NCBI GenBank assembly: GCA_963514005.1
Contig: OY740821.1
Span: 15,128,001-15,192,000 of the forward strand
DNA: 64,000 nucleotides
DNA from: Raja brachyura
Lineage: Eukaryota
Direction of reading: 5' to 3'
Position 1 is the first letter of the stretch. Every line of letters starts with the position of its first letter. The notes under the pieces are model-generated. The model worked only from the letters and a program-made list of their open reading frames with translations. It was not told where the DNA came from and did no database searches. Position numbers and translations under genes: made by a program. Of this stretch, positions 13,801 through 26,190 are shown piece after piece.

Positions 13801-15979
13801 GACATTGTGATCTTTCACTGATCATGGTGCAAGCTTATTGATGTTTTTATCATTTGGTCTATGGAACTTTAGGCTTTATAAATAGAAGCAGAGTGTACGG
13901 AAAAAAAGCTAAAATACGAGACACAAAGTGCTGGAGGAACTCAGTGGGCCTGACGGCATCTGTGGAGGGAAATGGGCAGATGGTGTTTTAGATTTGGGCC
14001 CTTCTTCAGACTGATGTAGTGGGAGAAATCTGGAATAGAGAGTTGGAACAAAGCCTGGCAAGTGATCGATGGGAACAGGTGAGAGGGGAATGTTTCTATC
14101 ACAGGTGGATCGAATAAGTGACAAAGGCTCGGTGTGGAATGGATGCAAAAGGTTGTCATATTTGGAGAGAAGAGAAGGACACTCGTGTCTCCTTATCACC
14201 TTTAACTTTTGTCACCTACTCCATCCAGCAGAAATCACCTCCCATCCTCTGTATCCACCTATCACTTGCATGGCAATGTCTCACCCACCTCCCTTTCCAG
14301 CTTTCTCCCCCTACTGCAATCGGTCTGATAAAGGATACCAAACCTAAAATCTCATCTGTCCATTTCACTCCACAGATGTTGCCTGACCTGTTGAAATCTT
14401 ACAACACTTTCAAGATTTCAGCACCTACAGCCTCGCTTAAATACTAAACCTAGCCCAGTCCAGATTTAGGCTGCAGTACTGGCATCGGCTGAGTTCTGAT
14501 TTGGTCGTGGAAGTCTCTAATTTTACTTGCTTTTGTTTTAATAACCCATCGAATTAGGAAGTAGCACACGGCACGGGAGAGGGAGCTTAACTCTGAGCAG
14601 AAGTGCTTTTGGTTGATATTGAGTGCCCAGTGAGAGAGAGTTCTGCCCCAACATCAATCTTTAGCTTGAGTATTGCTCTCCCCCCTCCAACCCCAATCCC
14701 AAACTGCCTCCAGCTCCACGGCTTTTTGTGGGGGACTATTCCAGATTTCCATTGCCATTCGGATAAGGAATCATCATCACGACTGACTGGCTCCAGCTTT
14801 AAGATTCCAATTCCTTGTTCTGGGGTCCCCAAAAGAGGAAATAATTTCTCACTGCCTAACCTACACCCCACTGGTATCATTTACACCAACTCAGTTCATG
14901 CCTTCATCTTCTCCCCCTAAAGTAATACAAGGCCAGCCAGTGCTACCCTTTATCACCCCCCCCCCCCCCAGTGTAATCCTGGTAAATCTTTGCTGGAGCC
15001 CCAATCGTGAAGTGTGGGGCACTGAACTGAATGCAGAACTCCAGCTGTGGTGCTTTAAGCATCCTCCCCCATTGTCGCTCCTCTGCCCTTGTAATCCATC
15101 CCCTTTTGAGTAATACCAGAATGGATTGGCTCGGGCCAGGTCAGATCATAAATCGTACACACACTGTGTGCCAGTTTCCTAAATCAAAGAAGCTAAAGAA
15201 GGCTTTTGGCTTGTCCAGCGCTGACTAGTGAGGCTCCGGAATTCTGCAAGTGATGGCGGGAGGAAACTAAATGTTGATCGTTTGAAATAAAGCAGCAAAA
15301 ATGTTGGAATTGCAAAGCAGTATCAGTCAGGACCAGATGAGAGATAGTAGAAGTTAAACCTTCATGGGAACCAAGCTATCTCTTACCCCAAACCTTCACT
15401 GGCTGATACCCCGTGCCTTCCCACCATTTTATCTGTCAGATGAAAAGGAATTCAGCTTTTGAAACTTTTCGTTTAAACACTGTTGAGGACTTTGCAAAAG
15501 TTAAGAGCATATATCTGGTGTGCTGTTTGACTGTGTTTTCCTCTTTAAGAGACAGTCTCACTGCTAGTGCTCATTTGTCCCCTTCCTGCCTTTCCAAACC
15601 AAATTCATGACTAATATGATCTTTCTCTTTTTTTGTGTTTTTTTGTTTGTTTCACCAGCAACGTTAAACAGGGCAATTACCAAGCCAGGTTGTGGGTTTG
15701 CAAAATCTGTGGAATCAAATCTGACAAGTTGATACCAGTTACCAAGGGTCTGCTGTCTGTGCTTATTGAGAATGTTAATTTATTTTGCAGGTGCTGGTGG
15801 CCTCAGTAACTCCTCCCAGACTATCTGCTCTTCTATTGTGATCAGCAGTTACTGTTTCAATTGTGGGGTTGGGGGGAGGGGAAGAACCCAGAGACCTGGG
15901 ATCAATTAGTCCTAGTTCTTATTAACTGGCTGCTTTTTGTTTGGAAAATATGTTTCTGATGAATGAGGCCCAATTTGCT

Positions 15980-16002
15980 TTCTCTCTCTCTCTCTCTCTC
16001 TC
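15980..16002. repeat. (TC)n microsatellite in GDF11 3' UTR
   Basis: Pure TC run about 100 nt downstream of the stop codon. Confidence 0.9.
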
Positions 16003-16098
16003 TGCTTATTGCACAGTGCATGGCATAGTTTCGACATCACATTCTAGAATAATGATGCTTCAAATGACAGGGGGAAAGACATTTGGCTGATCTTCATT

Positions 16099-16479
16099 TT
16101 AGGAGCAGCCACATCGATCGACCACCATGCCCGGGATTTGCCCGTTGATGATCTCTTGCTTGTCGTTGAAGTAAAGCATGTTGATAGGCGACATTTTGGT
16201 TGGCGTGCAGCACGGGCCTGCGGAGCCTCTGGCATTGGCATGATGTACCAGGTGGGTATGTGGGTATTTCTGCATGAACATGTACTCGCATTGACCAGAG
16301 CAGTAGTTGGCTTTGTATCGTTTGGGGGCAATAATCCAGTCCCAGCCGAAGGCCTCAAAATCAACGGTTAGCGGAAAGCGACAGCAACGTGACTCCGTGG
16401 AGTGCTCATCACAATCCAGCCCCAGGTTTCGGCGGGTACGTTTGTTTGTTTCTGCCACTTTAACTTCCAGAAATGGTTG
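16099..16479 (-). CDS. GDF11: GDF11 coding exon 3 (furin site RTRR + mature TGF-beta domain)
   Basis: Acceptor tttttgacag|CAACCATTT; 381 nt to TAA. Mature peptide NLGLDCDEH...[17 protein letters not shown]...YFNDKQ...[12 protein letters not shown] has GDF11-diagnostic residues (N1, L2, Q46, Y49, M50, M52, D89, Q91, G100). The ORMDL2/DNAJC14 neighbourhood also supports GDF11 over MSTN. Confidence 0.95.
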   Translation of the reverse strand, partial: QPFLEVKVAETNKRTRRNLGLDCDEHSTESRCCRFPLTVDFEAFGWDWIIAPKRYKANYCSGQCEYMFMQKYPHTHLVHHANARGSAGPCCTPTKMSPINMLYFNDKQEIINGQIPGMVVDRCGCS

Positions 16480-19349
16480 CTGTCAAAAAGAGAGAGAGGT
16501 TTTTTTTTCAATTGAGATGTACCTGTACACTTTCTTTATGTTATTAAAACACTATTATCGTCTCTACTATAGTGGGACCAAGGCCATAAATGCATTCATT
16601 TCTTGTTCTGGACTAATTTGCACCACATTGCAAGAAAAAAATCTTTACAGCTCCTAAGCCTTTTAAAACCATTGCCAGTATTGATATTCAACTAGCAGGT
16701 GCCTGAGCTGTAAATGTATTGAAAAGTTACCACCCCTTTGCAGCCAGTTTAAATGTGGATGAAAATTCACCTCCCACTAGCTGCCATTTTAAGCACATTA
16801 TCGGGATGCAGTTAAATTGCCAGAACTTGGTTGAAATACACTGCGGCTATTAATGGCATCCTAGCAGTAGTTTTAATGTAAATTAATTAGATGCTGGAAA
16901 TTTAAAATAAAGCAGAAAATGACAGAACTGCATAGTAATCCAGATGGGATTGCCTTATTTAGATTTCAATCCTTTTGAATCCACAGGCAGATATCAAAGA
17001 TGTTTAAAATGCACATTTTAATTTCGAAGTATTATTACAATTTGTATAACTCTATTACCCATTATAAATGCACCGCTAAAATATGCCCTCAGTCCATTGT
17101 TAAAATGATGTATGTGAAACAGACATTTTTGATTTTTCAAATTCAAAGTTGCATATTTTAAAATGCATATATTCACATCCAACTTATCGCCTGTTAGAAC
17201 ATAATGCTAAAATGTATGTACTAACAGCAACTTCCATTGCATCTTTTAACCCATTTTTCAGGGTGTGCATAATACTGAAAGGGTTGGCAATTTATTGCTC
17301 ATTCCCAAATGCCCTTGCCACCCCCTCCTTGAACTGCTAGTATGTCATTAAGCACAGGGTTTGTGGGTGAATGGGTCCCATGTGGGGCATTTCTGGATTT
17401 TGAATTGAGGGAGACCGAACAGAGTCCATTGGAGTAGGTAGAGTCCAAAGTTGGTTATGGCATGGAGAAAGATAGGGGGTGGAGGCAGAGGATACTGAGA
17501 TAGGATTGAATGTATGTTTGGGTTTAAATGGTGGAAAAGATTAAAGAGGGATAGGAATGCACCGAGGTTGGATTGACAGAGCATGATGAAGTGAGATGGG
17601 AGATGAAATTACTGAACATGAGCAGTTATTCAACATAGAACCTGAGGAAGGAAAGCAGTGGGAGAATTACTCTGGTATTTGGATGGGTTGGGAGGGGGAG
17701 GGACAGGTGGTGGAGACAATAAATGAGAGGCAAGAGGTTTGGAACGTGGTTAGCTTCTCAGAGGAGTAGAGTATGAAAATAATGCAGTATAGACGGGCCA
17801 GGTATTGGAATGGCATAGTCAGGTGGAAAGACTTGACGTTGGGAAAAGATGTCATTGACCTGAATAACGCTGTTATTGCAACAGTCTACAGTCAGTTTGT
17901 AGATGGTGAGGGCCATTTTTACAAATGAACAGATGTTTTGTAGGGCTGGCAGGTATAGTCAGGACACTGACAGAGTGCACTGGGTGAGGTGAATTGGATA
18001 GGAGGAGTGTAGCGAGATTAGCCCCCAATGGGCCTGTTGGGCAGGGATGTCGATGAAACTAGGTCAGGGCAATGAAGGTGGAAGCAGGACATCGAGAGGG
18101 TAGCGAACCTGAAAGAGGGGTAAGAAGAAAAATTAAAATGTGGCCAGTCCAGCCTAATCCCGACTAAATTAGTTGCAACATGTATTGTTTGGGCTGACTT
18201 CTGCAAAATAGCTGCATGGGTAAGATAACCGTTGTTGGAGATGTGGGGCAAACCCTGGTCCCTGGCCTGAGTCTTACAGGAGCCAAGAATTTTATGCAGG
18301 TTAGGTTAAGGCAGGTATTGTTCTGGTCATACATTCAGGTTCTGATTGGGTCAGGACAGGCAGTCTCAATGCATTGTGAGTAGCGACAGCAAGTTCTTCC
18401 TTCCATTTCTTAGCAAGTGCTTCCCAAAAATGACTTCCAACTTCATGTGGCCAATAGCACGTTGGGAGCTGGGTTGCGTCAGATCAGGCCGAGTATGGTT
18501 TAAACAAATAAAAAGTGACTCCCCAAACCGGGCCAGGTCGTGATCAGGTCAGGTTTTAATTTTTTCTCATGCTAGTCGTTATTATGGAGCTATAGCTCAT
18601 TGTCAATGAAATGCCTTCAGGACCACAAGCCAACAAGCATGCTCCAATGGTGCATGTGGATGTCAGGCACCATTATAAAAAGAAAGTAAAGCAAACAGAT
18701 GAATACTATAAATGTAAGCAAGGAATTTTTAGCCATTATTAACAATAAAAATGATTCTTTATAGCGCCTTTCGCGACCTCGGAGAGCACTTACAAAATGC
18801 AGCAGACAATTTGCGCACAGCGAGCTTCCACATATAGCGTTGAGGTAAATTACTGGCAAATGTTGTTTTGTACTGCTGCTCTTACTTTGGATCCTGAGGT
18901 TAACACCCTGCTGCATTGCCACAACCTTCGATCAGTGTGCTGCCCAACTACTACAGTAGCATTTCTATTTCTCACTCAACCCAACATGCAGAAACTAATG
19001 TTGTCTTTTCCCTTTGCGCTCCATAATTTTCTTTCCAAAAATCAGGGCTAAGGCTCTGAAGCAACTTAATATTCTGAAGCGTCTGTTTTTGGAAGAATCA
19101 TTTATAGTTCCTTACTATCCATTGAGAGAGAGATTGGTGAGAGTGGGAGTGCAGGAAATTGGCCAACTCACTGAACTGGGGATAGTTTGACTGAATCATC
19201 TGGATCTGTGGCAGTTGTCACATTAACTGGGTTGGAGTGCTGATGCTTCCAAGCTTGAACTGTTGTGCACTAGCCAGTGTGCCAATTTCCCGTCAGAACA
19301 AATGAACAGACATTGACTGCTGTAAACTATTAAAAAGCTCAGCTTTGAT

Positions 19350-19945
19350 AAGAACAGAAGAAATAGAAGCAGAAGTTGGCCATTCAAACCCACTTGCCTG
19401 CTCTGTCATATAATCACATTATGGATGACCTTTTTGCCTCAGTTCCAGTTACCCTACAATGCCTTTAATGTCCACAATTCTATCAACTATACTCAGCCAC
19501 TGAGCCTCTACAGCCCTCCCGAGTAGAGAATTCCAAAGACTCTGGGTAAAGACATCTCTCCTCATCTCTGGCCCTCGTTTCAAATAACCAAGGCACAGTA
19601 ACATCTACCTGTCGAGTTGTGAAAATCCCTACGTGTTTCAATGAGATCATCCATCTAAATTCTGGAGAGTATCAGCCAGTCTATTTAATCTCTGCTCATG
19701 TTATAATCCCATCAGGCAGCATCTTTCAGACCATAAGAACATTAGAAATAAAAGCAGGAGTTGGCCTTTGGGTTCCTTGAGCCTACTTTGACATTCTGTT
19801 AGATCAAGAAAATGCAGTTTTATCAAAGGCCTTTCCAATAACCTTACTCTTACACTCCAACCCCTTAGCAATAGAGACCAATACACCATTTGCCTCCTTA
19901 ATTGCTTGCTCCTTTCACCTGTTAACCTTTTGCATCTGATGAGCA
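19350..19945 (-). mobile_element. Old CR1 fragments
   Basis: Degenerate CR1 3' UTR and ORF2 pieces (gagaattccaaaga, gtttcaatgagatc). Confidence 0.6.
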
Positions 19946-20208
19946 ATCACATCCTTTATGGAGTGTCATTCATTTGCCACCTATCATGTTAAAAATATTC
20001 AAACAGTTCACTGCACCAAGATTTTTCTTCTCGTCTATTTCCTTTATCTGTTGAGTTAAATCAATGTCCTTTAGTTACCAATTGGATGCTTGTTTTTAAA
20101 CTATAGATGATGATTAGTGACACTATTGCATCTTCAGCCACCAGTTTCTTGAAACCAGAGATATCTGAGCCTCCTTAACACAGAGGGCTTAATGTGAACC
20201 ATACTCAC

Positions 20209-20582
20209 CAATCCCTTCTCTCCACTTCCCGGAGATGTGATAGCCAAGTCATTCCCATCCATATCAAAGACGTTGATCTCAATGCCCCAGTTGGTGTGCG
20301 GTTGCTTGAACCAGTTCTGCAGAACGTGCTTAAAGTCGATGCTTTGCCAGCGCCCATTGCGGGTGTCCATGTCTATTTTTAAGGATCGGATCCTCGAGTG
20401 CCTGCTGCCTTTTTCCGTCACAGGTTTCAGCCTGAGGATTTGCAGGTACACTGTGGAGGCGTGCAGTACTGGTCGCAGGTATACCCACAGGTGAGCTCGC
20501 ACCACGTTTGTAAATGTGACTTTGGGGCTAAATTTAAAAAAGCAACATTTTGGACTCCCATCCACTTGGACACAGGGGTCAG
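20209..20582 (-). CDS. GDF11: GDF11 coding exon 2 (prodomain)
   Basis: Acceptor ttctttttgtag|, donor TTG|gtgagt. 374 nt, the typical GDF8/11 exon 2 size. PDPCVQVDGSPKCCFFKFSPKV...VYLQILRLKP...WQSIDFKHVLQNWFKQPHTNWGIEIN matches the GDF11 prodomain. Frame is compatible with exons 1 and 3. Confidence 0.95.
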
Positions 20583-20609
20583 CTACAAAAAGAACAAATC
20601 AAAAAAAAC

Positions 20610-22006
20610 AGAATCAAAGCCAACTAATACATATCTGATTGGATAGAAGTGTAGCCATTTAGTACATTTGACTGGATAGAATTATTGACAACTAAATGGT
20701 ATGTGGATGGATAGAATTATAGCAGCTAATACGTGGATGTAGATCATGTGCAGGCTGATAAGATTAGTTCATTTTGGCATCATGTTTGGCACGGCCATTA
20801 TGGGCTGAAAGGCCTGTTCCTGTACTGTACATGTTCTATGATTGGATAGAATCGTAGCTAAAATTACATATATGATTGGATAAAATTGAATCCACTAATA
20901 CATGTGATTGGATTGAATCGTTCCAACTGGTATGCTTGATTAGATATAACCATCTCTGACTAATATGTATCGGATTGGATAAGTACTTAGGCAATTGGTA
21001 GATGTGACTGTTTGAAATAGAGGCTACTGGCACTTTATGTGATATAGAATCATGGCCAGTTAATACATATTTGAGTGGATGAGATTAAACCAACTATTAT
21101 ACAGTCAAAATCTTCTCTCTCCCCCCCCCCCCCCCCACCACCCCAGGATAGAAATATGGAAATATCAAATACTAGAGGACATAGCTTTAAGATGAGAGGG
21201 GTAACGTTTAACGTAAATGTGCAGATCAAGTTTTTTTACACAGAGGGTGGTGAGTACTTGCAGTGCGTTGCTGGGGATGGTGGTGGAGGCAGATCCATAG
21301 TGGCATTTAAGTGACTTTTTGATGGGCACATGGATATGGAGGGATATGGATTATGTTCAAGGATCATTTCCAGCACGGACATTGTGAGCTGAAGGGCCTG
21401 TTCCTGTGCGGTATCTGAATGGTAGTGTAAACCTGAATGGATAGAATTAAAGGCGACTAATACATTTGATTGCACCGAATCATTACGAGCTATCATTACA
21501 TATCTGGATAGGATCAAATACACCAGCACATATTATTGGATGGTATCGCAGCCAACTAATGCACAAATGATTGGATGGATACATTTGGATAGATTTATCA
21601 CCAACAAGCACAAATCTGATTGAATCAAATCATAGCCGTCTAATGCATTTGACTGGATAGAATTATCACCAGCGGCATGGTGGCACAGCGGTAGAGTTTC
21701 TGCCTCGCAGCGCCCGAGACCCGGGTTCGATCCCGACTACGGATGCTGTCTGTACGGAGTTTGTACATTCTCCCCATGTTATTCGGTTTCTCCGAGATAT
21801 TCGGTTTCCTCCCACACTCCAAAGATGTACAGGTCTGTAGGTTAATTGGCTTGGTAAAGTGTAAAAAATGTCCCTATTGTGTGTAGGGTAGTGTTAATGT
21901 GCGGGAATCGCTGGTTGGCATGGACCAGGTGGGCCGAAGGGCCTGTTTCCGCACTGTATCACAAAACTAAACTAAATGCCTATCTTATTGGATAGAATCA
22001 AACTGG
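20610..22006. repeat. Degenerate ~35-bp tandem array (GDF11 intron 1, next to exon 2)
   Basis: Approximate consensus AGCCACTAATACATATNTGATTGGATAGAATNNT. Units at 20637, 20670, 20707 and onward; interrupted by CR1/SINE pieces. Confidence 0.85.
21672..21976 (+). mobile_element. tRNA-derived V-SINE (HE1-like)
   Basis: A box TGGCACAGCGG, B box GGTTCGATCC, V-domain (ggtttcctcccacactccaaaga), CR1-type tail gggccgaagggcctgtttcc and a (ctaaa)n end. Confidence 0.85.
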
Positions 22007-23779
22007 TTATCCATAGAGCCAGAAGGACACAAAGTGCTGCAGTAACTCAGCGGGTTAAGTTGCATCGCTGGAGAACATGGATAGGCAACGTTTCGGTTCG
22101 GGACCCTTCTTCAGACTCAAATGTGACCCAAAACATTGCCTATCCATGTTCTCCAGAGATGCTGCCTGACCCGCTGAGGTACTCCGCACTTTATGTTCTT
22201 CTGGCTCTATGGATAAATTTATGGATAAGTTTGAATAAATTTATGGCAAAATAATACATTTGGTTGGAACTTTGATCTCATCATTGAATTAATTATTGTT
22301 AGAAAAGAGAATAGCTTGAGAATAGAACAACTTGAGAAAAATAACGTCATCTTTAGATGAACAATTAGAATAAACCTTCACAGCCATTTATTAAGAGGAT
22401 AAATTTGTTTTGTAAAAAGGGACAGGCAGTTCAATACTTTGGGTTAATTTACACTGTTCGGCCTCATGGTGAATTAAAGAATACATCTTGAAAGCAGGAA
22501 CATTCAATATTAATTAATGATCCTAAAATTCAAATTCGGTATAAAACGATTATAATACCCACTGTTTTCATTTTATGAAGAGCTGATCGTGTCAAACTCG
22601 CAGCTGTGGAGAATTGCACTGGGATTTGTATGCCCCATTATGTGCTGCTCTATTTAATAGTGTCGTGTGGCCACAGGGCAGTTAGTCAGCTGCAATCCAA
22701 ACCCATTTGCAGTTAAATGGCCCTATCCTAACAGGCAGGGGTCATGACCCCATATCTCTCTCCCTGCATAACATCATCTGCTTCTCAAAGGATTTGGCCA
22801 GAATTGCAAACAAACACTTCACAACGCGGAATGGGCAAGAACCCCTTTATGCAATTCCCGCAGGATATTTGATCCACTGTTTTAAAAATGGAAATCTTGC
22901 TGTTTAAATTCACAATAAATGAGCCTCTAAAGTACATTTCCTCTCACAGTGTTTGGCTTAAACTGCCCATTGACATTCCAGTTGCCCAGCCCTTATGGAA
23001 TGGTTATATATAGATATGCCAAACCAGATAGGAACAACAGCTTGACTTTCTGAAAGAATATCACTGAACTATTTTCGCTATTGCAACAATCCAGCAGTTT
23101 CAGGGTTACTTTTACTGAGATTTCAGTAAAAGTAAATTTTCAGATTTGGTTGGGTAGCTTCCAGCCCAATGATATGGACATTGAATTCACCAATGTTAGG
23201 TAACTAACCAACAAACACCCAATATGTGGGTGAGAGGACAAATCTGGGGAGAATTGATGGGAACATGGGGAGAATAAATGAGTTACGGTAGGATTAGTGA
23301 AAATGGGTGCTTGATGGTTGACTCGGGGCCAACAGCCTGTTTCTGACTTCTATTTCTCTATGGCATGCAAAGAGATTAAGGATGAATTGACCAAAGAACA
23401 GTCCCTTCAGAATGCTGAATAGGGAGGGGAAGATAAGGTGGTGGGAACTTGCTGTAGACAGCAGAAATAGCAAAGGATGATGTGTTGAAGGTGGAAGTTG
23501 GCGGAGTGAAAGGTGAGGACCAGCTTGTTCTGTCCACGAAGAGAGGGCAGAGAAAGCAGAGGCGGGACGTAGATAAGATCTGGTCAAGAGCTCTGCCAAG
23601 TATGGTGCAGGAGAAGCAACAGTTCAGGAACAAGCAAGACATTTCAGAGGCAAATACAATGGAGAAAGAGGAACTGGGAGAATGGAATAGCATCCTTGCA
23701 TGGGACAGAGTGGGTTGCAGTATGATCGAGATCACTGCAAGACTCTGGGCTTCTCTTGGAAATTGCAAGCATCCACATT

Positions 23780-24310
23780 CTTCAGATGATCCTTTCCAAT
23801 TTCCATCACCTTCAATGAGATTCCACCACCAGGCTCATCGTCTCTTCTCCTCTCTTCTCAACGTTTCAAAAGGATTCCTTCCACCACAGCTCCCGGGGTC
23901 TACTCTTCTACTACCCACTACTCACTTTTCCCACGCAACCATAAGGGATGCAACACCTATCCATTTACCTCTTCCTTTCCACCAACCAGGCAACCCATCA
24001 CACCTTTCAGGGAAGCAGTGATTCACTGGCACTGCTTCCAGTCTAGTGCACTGCATTCAGTGCTCACATGTGGTCTCTGCATTGAAGGCACCACGTGCAT
24101 GCTGGTGATCATTTTGAAGAACACCTGCGTTCAGGCCACAGCCGGGCGACTCTGAGCTTCCCATTGCCTGCCACTTTCATTCCTCATCCCACTCCCATTG
24201 TCATTCTGTCACCTCCTGCACTGTTACAACAAAGCCCGATATAAGCTTCATCTTCTGGCTTGAAATGTTGCAACCTTCTGGACTCGCATTCAATTCAACA
24301 ACTTTAGGTA
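23780..24310 (+). mobile_element. Old Penelope-like remnant (GIY-YIG end)
   Basis: Degenerate similarity to 4340-4840 (cactgcattcagtgctc...gaacacctgcgttcag...ccattgcctgccacttt...tgcaaccttctggact). Confidence 0.6.
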
Positions 24311-24917
24311 ACTTGCTCTCTCTGCTTGTATCAGACATGGCCAATGTGTAATGTTGGCTCAGTGGTTTTCTCTCCCTCAGCACCACTGATATTTCCTACG
24401 CTCCACATTTCCTTTCATTGTGTTCTTGCCCTCTAACTGCCCTCGTTAGCTTTTATGTTCCTGTGTTTATGCTTTCTCTCTGTAAGGGTCCTCATCAACA
24501 GGAAGACTGGATCTACAGCCCCCAAACCTGCAGGAAAGGGGAAGGCAGTCATTCATTGATTCGGTTTAAAGTTTTTAGATATTCATAAGTAATTTTCGGT
24601 GTTTCTTGTTTACCTTATTTTTTTTAACTTTTTCAAAGAAAGATGTCATTTCTTACCAGCAAAGAAATCCTATAGCTTACTTTTGTTTTAGGAACAGCTT
24701 ATTTCAAAATAATTTGCCCGTCGGGTCAAGCAAGAAATGGCAGTTTGTTGTAGGTTCATGAACTAAACTCCAATGGTTTATTAAATGGTCAGTAAACGTA
24801 ATATAGGAATTGCTGATGATAGACTAGCATGCAAGTCTACAGTTTAAAAATTGCCAATGGGCACAAATTGCATGAAAAATGACTTTGAATTGACACCAAG
24901 TCTTCAAAGTGATTGAC

Positions 24918-25410
24918 GATAGACAATAGGTGCAGGAGTAGGCCATTCGGCCCTTCGAGCCAGCACCGCCATTCAATGTGATCATGGCTGATCATCCCCA
25001 ATCAGTACCCTGTTCCTTCTTCGAGTCCGTTGCAATCTCAGATGTCGTTCTGCCAGTATCTGGCGCAGGTCACAGCTGGTCGGGTCGGTTCAGCCAGGTC
25101 CTGCCTTCTCCCCATATCCCCTGACTCCACTATTTTTAAGAGCCCTATCTAGCTCACTCCTGAAAGCATCCAGAGAACCTGCCTCCACCGCCCTCTGAGG
25201 CAGAGAATTCCACAGACTCATGACTCTCTGTGAGAAAAAGTGTTTCCCCGTCTCCGTTCTAAATGGCTTATTCCTTATTCTTAAACTGTGGCCTCTGGTT
25301 CTGGACACCCCCAACATCTGGAACATGTTTCCTGCCTCTAGCGTGTCCAAGCCTTTAACAACCTTGTATGTTTCAATGAGATCCCCTCTCATCCTTCTAA
25401 ACTCCAGAGT
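24918..25410 (-). mobile_element. CR1-type LINE 3' fragment (interrupted)
   Basis: LEFRRMRGDLIETYKVVKGLD...RTRGHSLRIR...FFSQRVMSLWNSLP, the CR1 ORF2 C-terminus, plus the 3' UTR hairpin. Confidence 0.9.
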
Positions 25411-25411
25411 A

Positions 25412-26190
25412 TGCAGAAATAATTTGTAATTTACACATGACGTGTATCTTAGATGATAGATTGCAATTACACACTCATACATACAATCTTTGTTTGTTGG
25501 TGTAATTGCAGATTACACATACAAACAGTATTAACTATTTGCGACTTGCGTGCAAACTTTAGCTTGAAGTAATGAATTGCGATTTGCACTTTATTTAAAA
25601 GCAGAAAATGATTTTGCGACTTAAAGTGCAGACTACAGCTTAAAATGATGGATTGCAACAGACATGCTGAGTATATTCTAGAAATTGCTGATGAACATTT
25701 TACAAAATAAAAGCTGACGTGGAAATGAAATCCATAGCTTAGAAATGTCTGGAGCTTAATATGACACTTTGCAACGTACATATTTGGCCAGTAGCTTAAA
25801 ATGACCATTTGTAGTTTGGGACTTGTATGAGGACCCATAAGTGTAAATTGACAATTTATGATTTGCACATACAAGGAAGATCGCTGGAGTTTAAATTGAC
25901 TGTTTTCAATTCGCATATTTAAAGGGATCATTTAGGATTTGCACTTGATCTATAAAAGAAAAACTCTTGTTTTGCAAATGACCGGTTAAGATGACAATTT
26001 GCAATTTACGCAATGCGCAGGAAAATGAAAACTACTATTTGCAATTTAAATGCATGAAAAGCACAATCAGTTAGCTTAGGATGGCTGTTTGCGACTTACA
26101 CTTATGAACTTAAGCTAAAAATAACTATTTGCAGCTTGCATGTACAACCCATAGTTTAAAATAACTTGTAATCTACAGATGCAAATCTAA
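25412..26190. repeat. Degenerate ~40-bp tandem array (GDF11 intron 1)
   Basis: Recurring AGCTTAAAATGACTATTTGCAATTTACA-like core separated by variable linkers of about 10-20 nt. Confidence 0.7.

Noticed and set aside
17350-18110. Purine-rich block in GDF11 intron 2
   Set aside because: Probably an old retroelement remnant, but too degenerate to assign; no supportable call.
21672-21745. tRNA gene
   Set aside because: The A/B boxes belong to a SINE head that continues into a V-domain and LINE tail; there is no complete cloverleaf or terminator.
23482-24021. 179-aa ORF as a novel gene
   Set aside because: It lies in degenerate Penelope-like sequence, antisense in a GDF11 intron, with no recognisable domain or splice structure.
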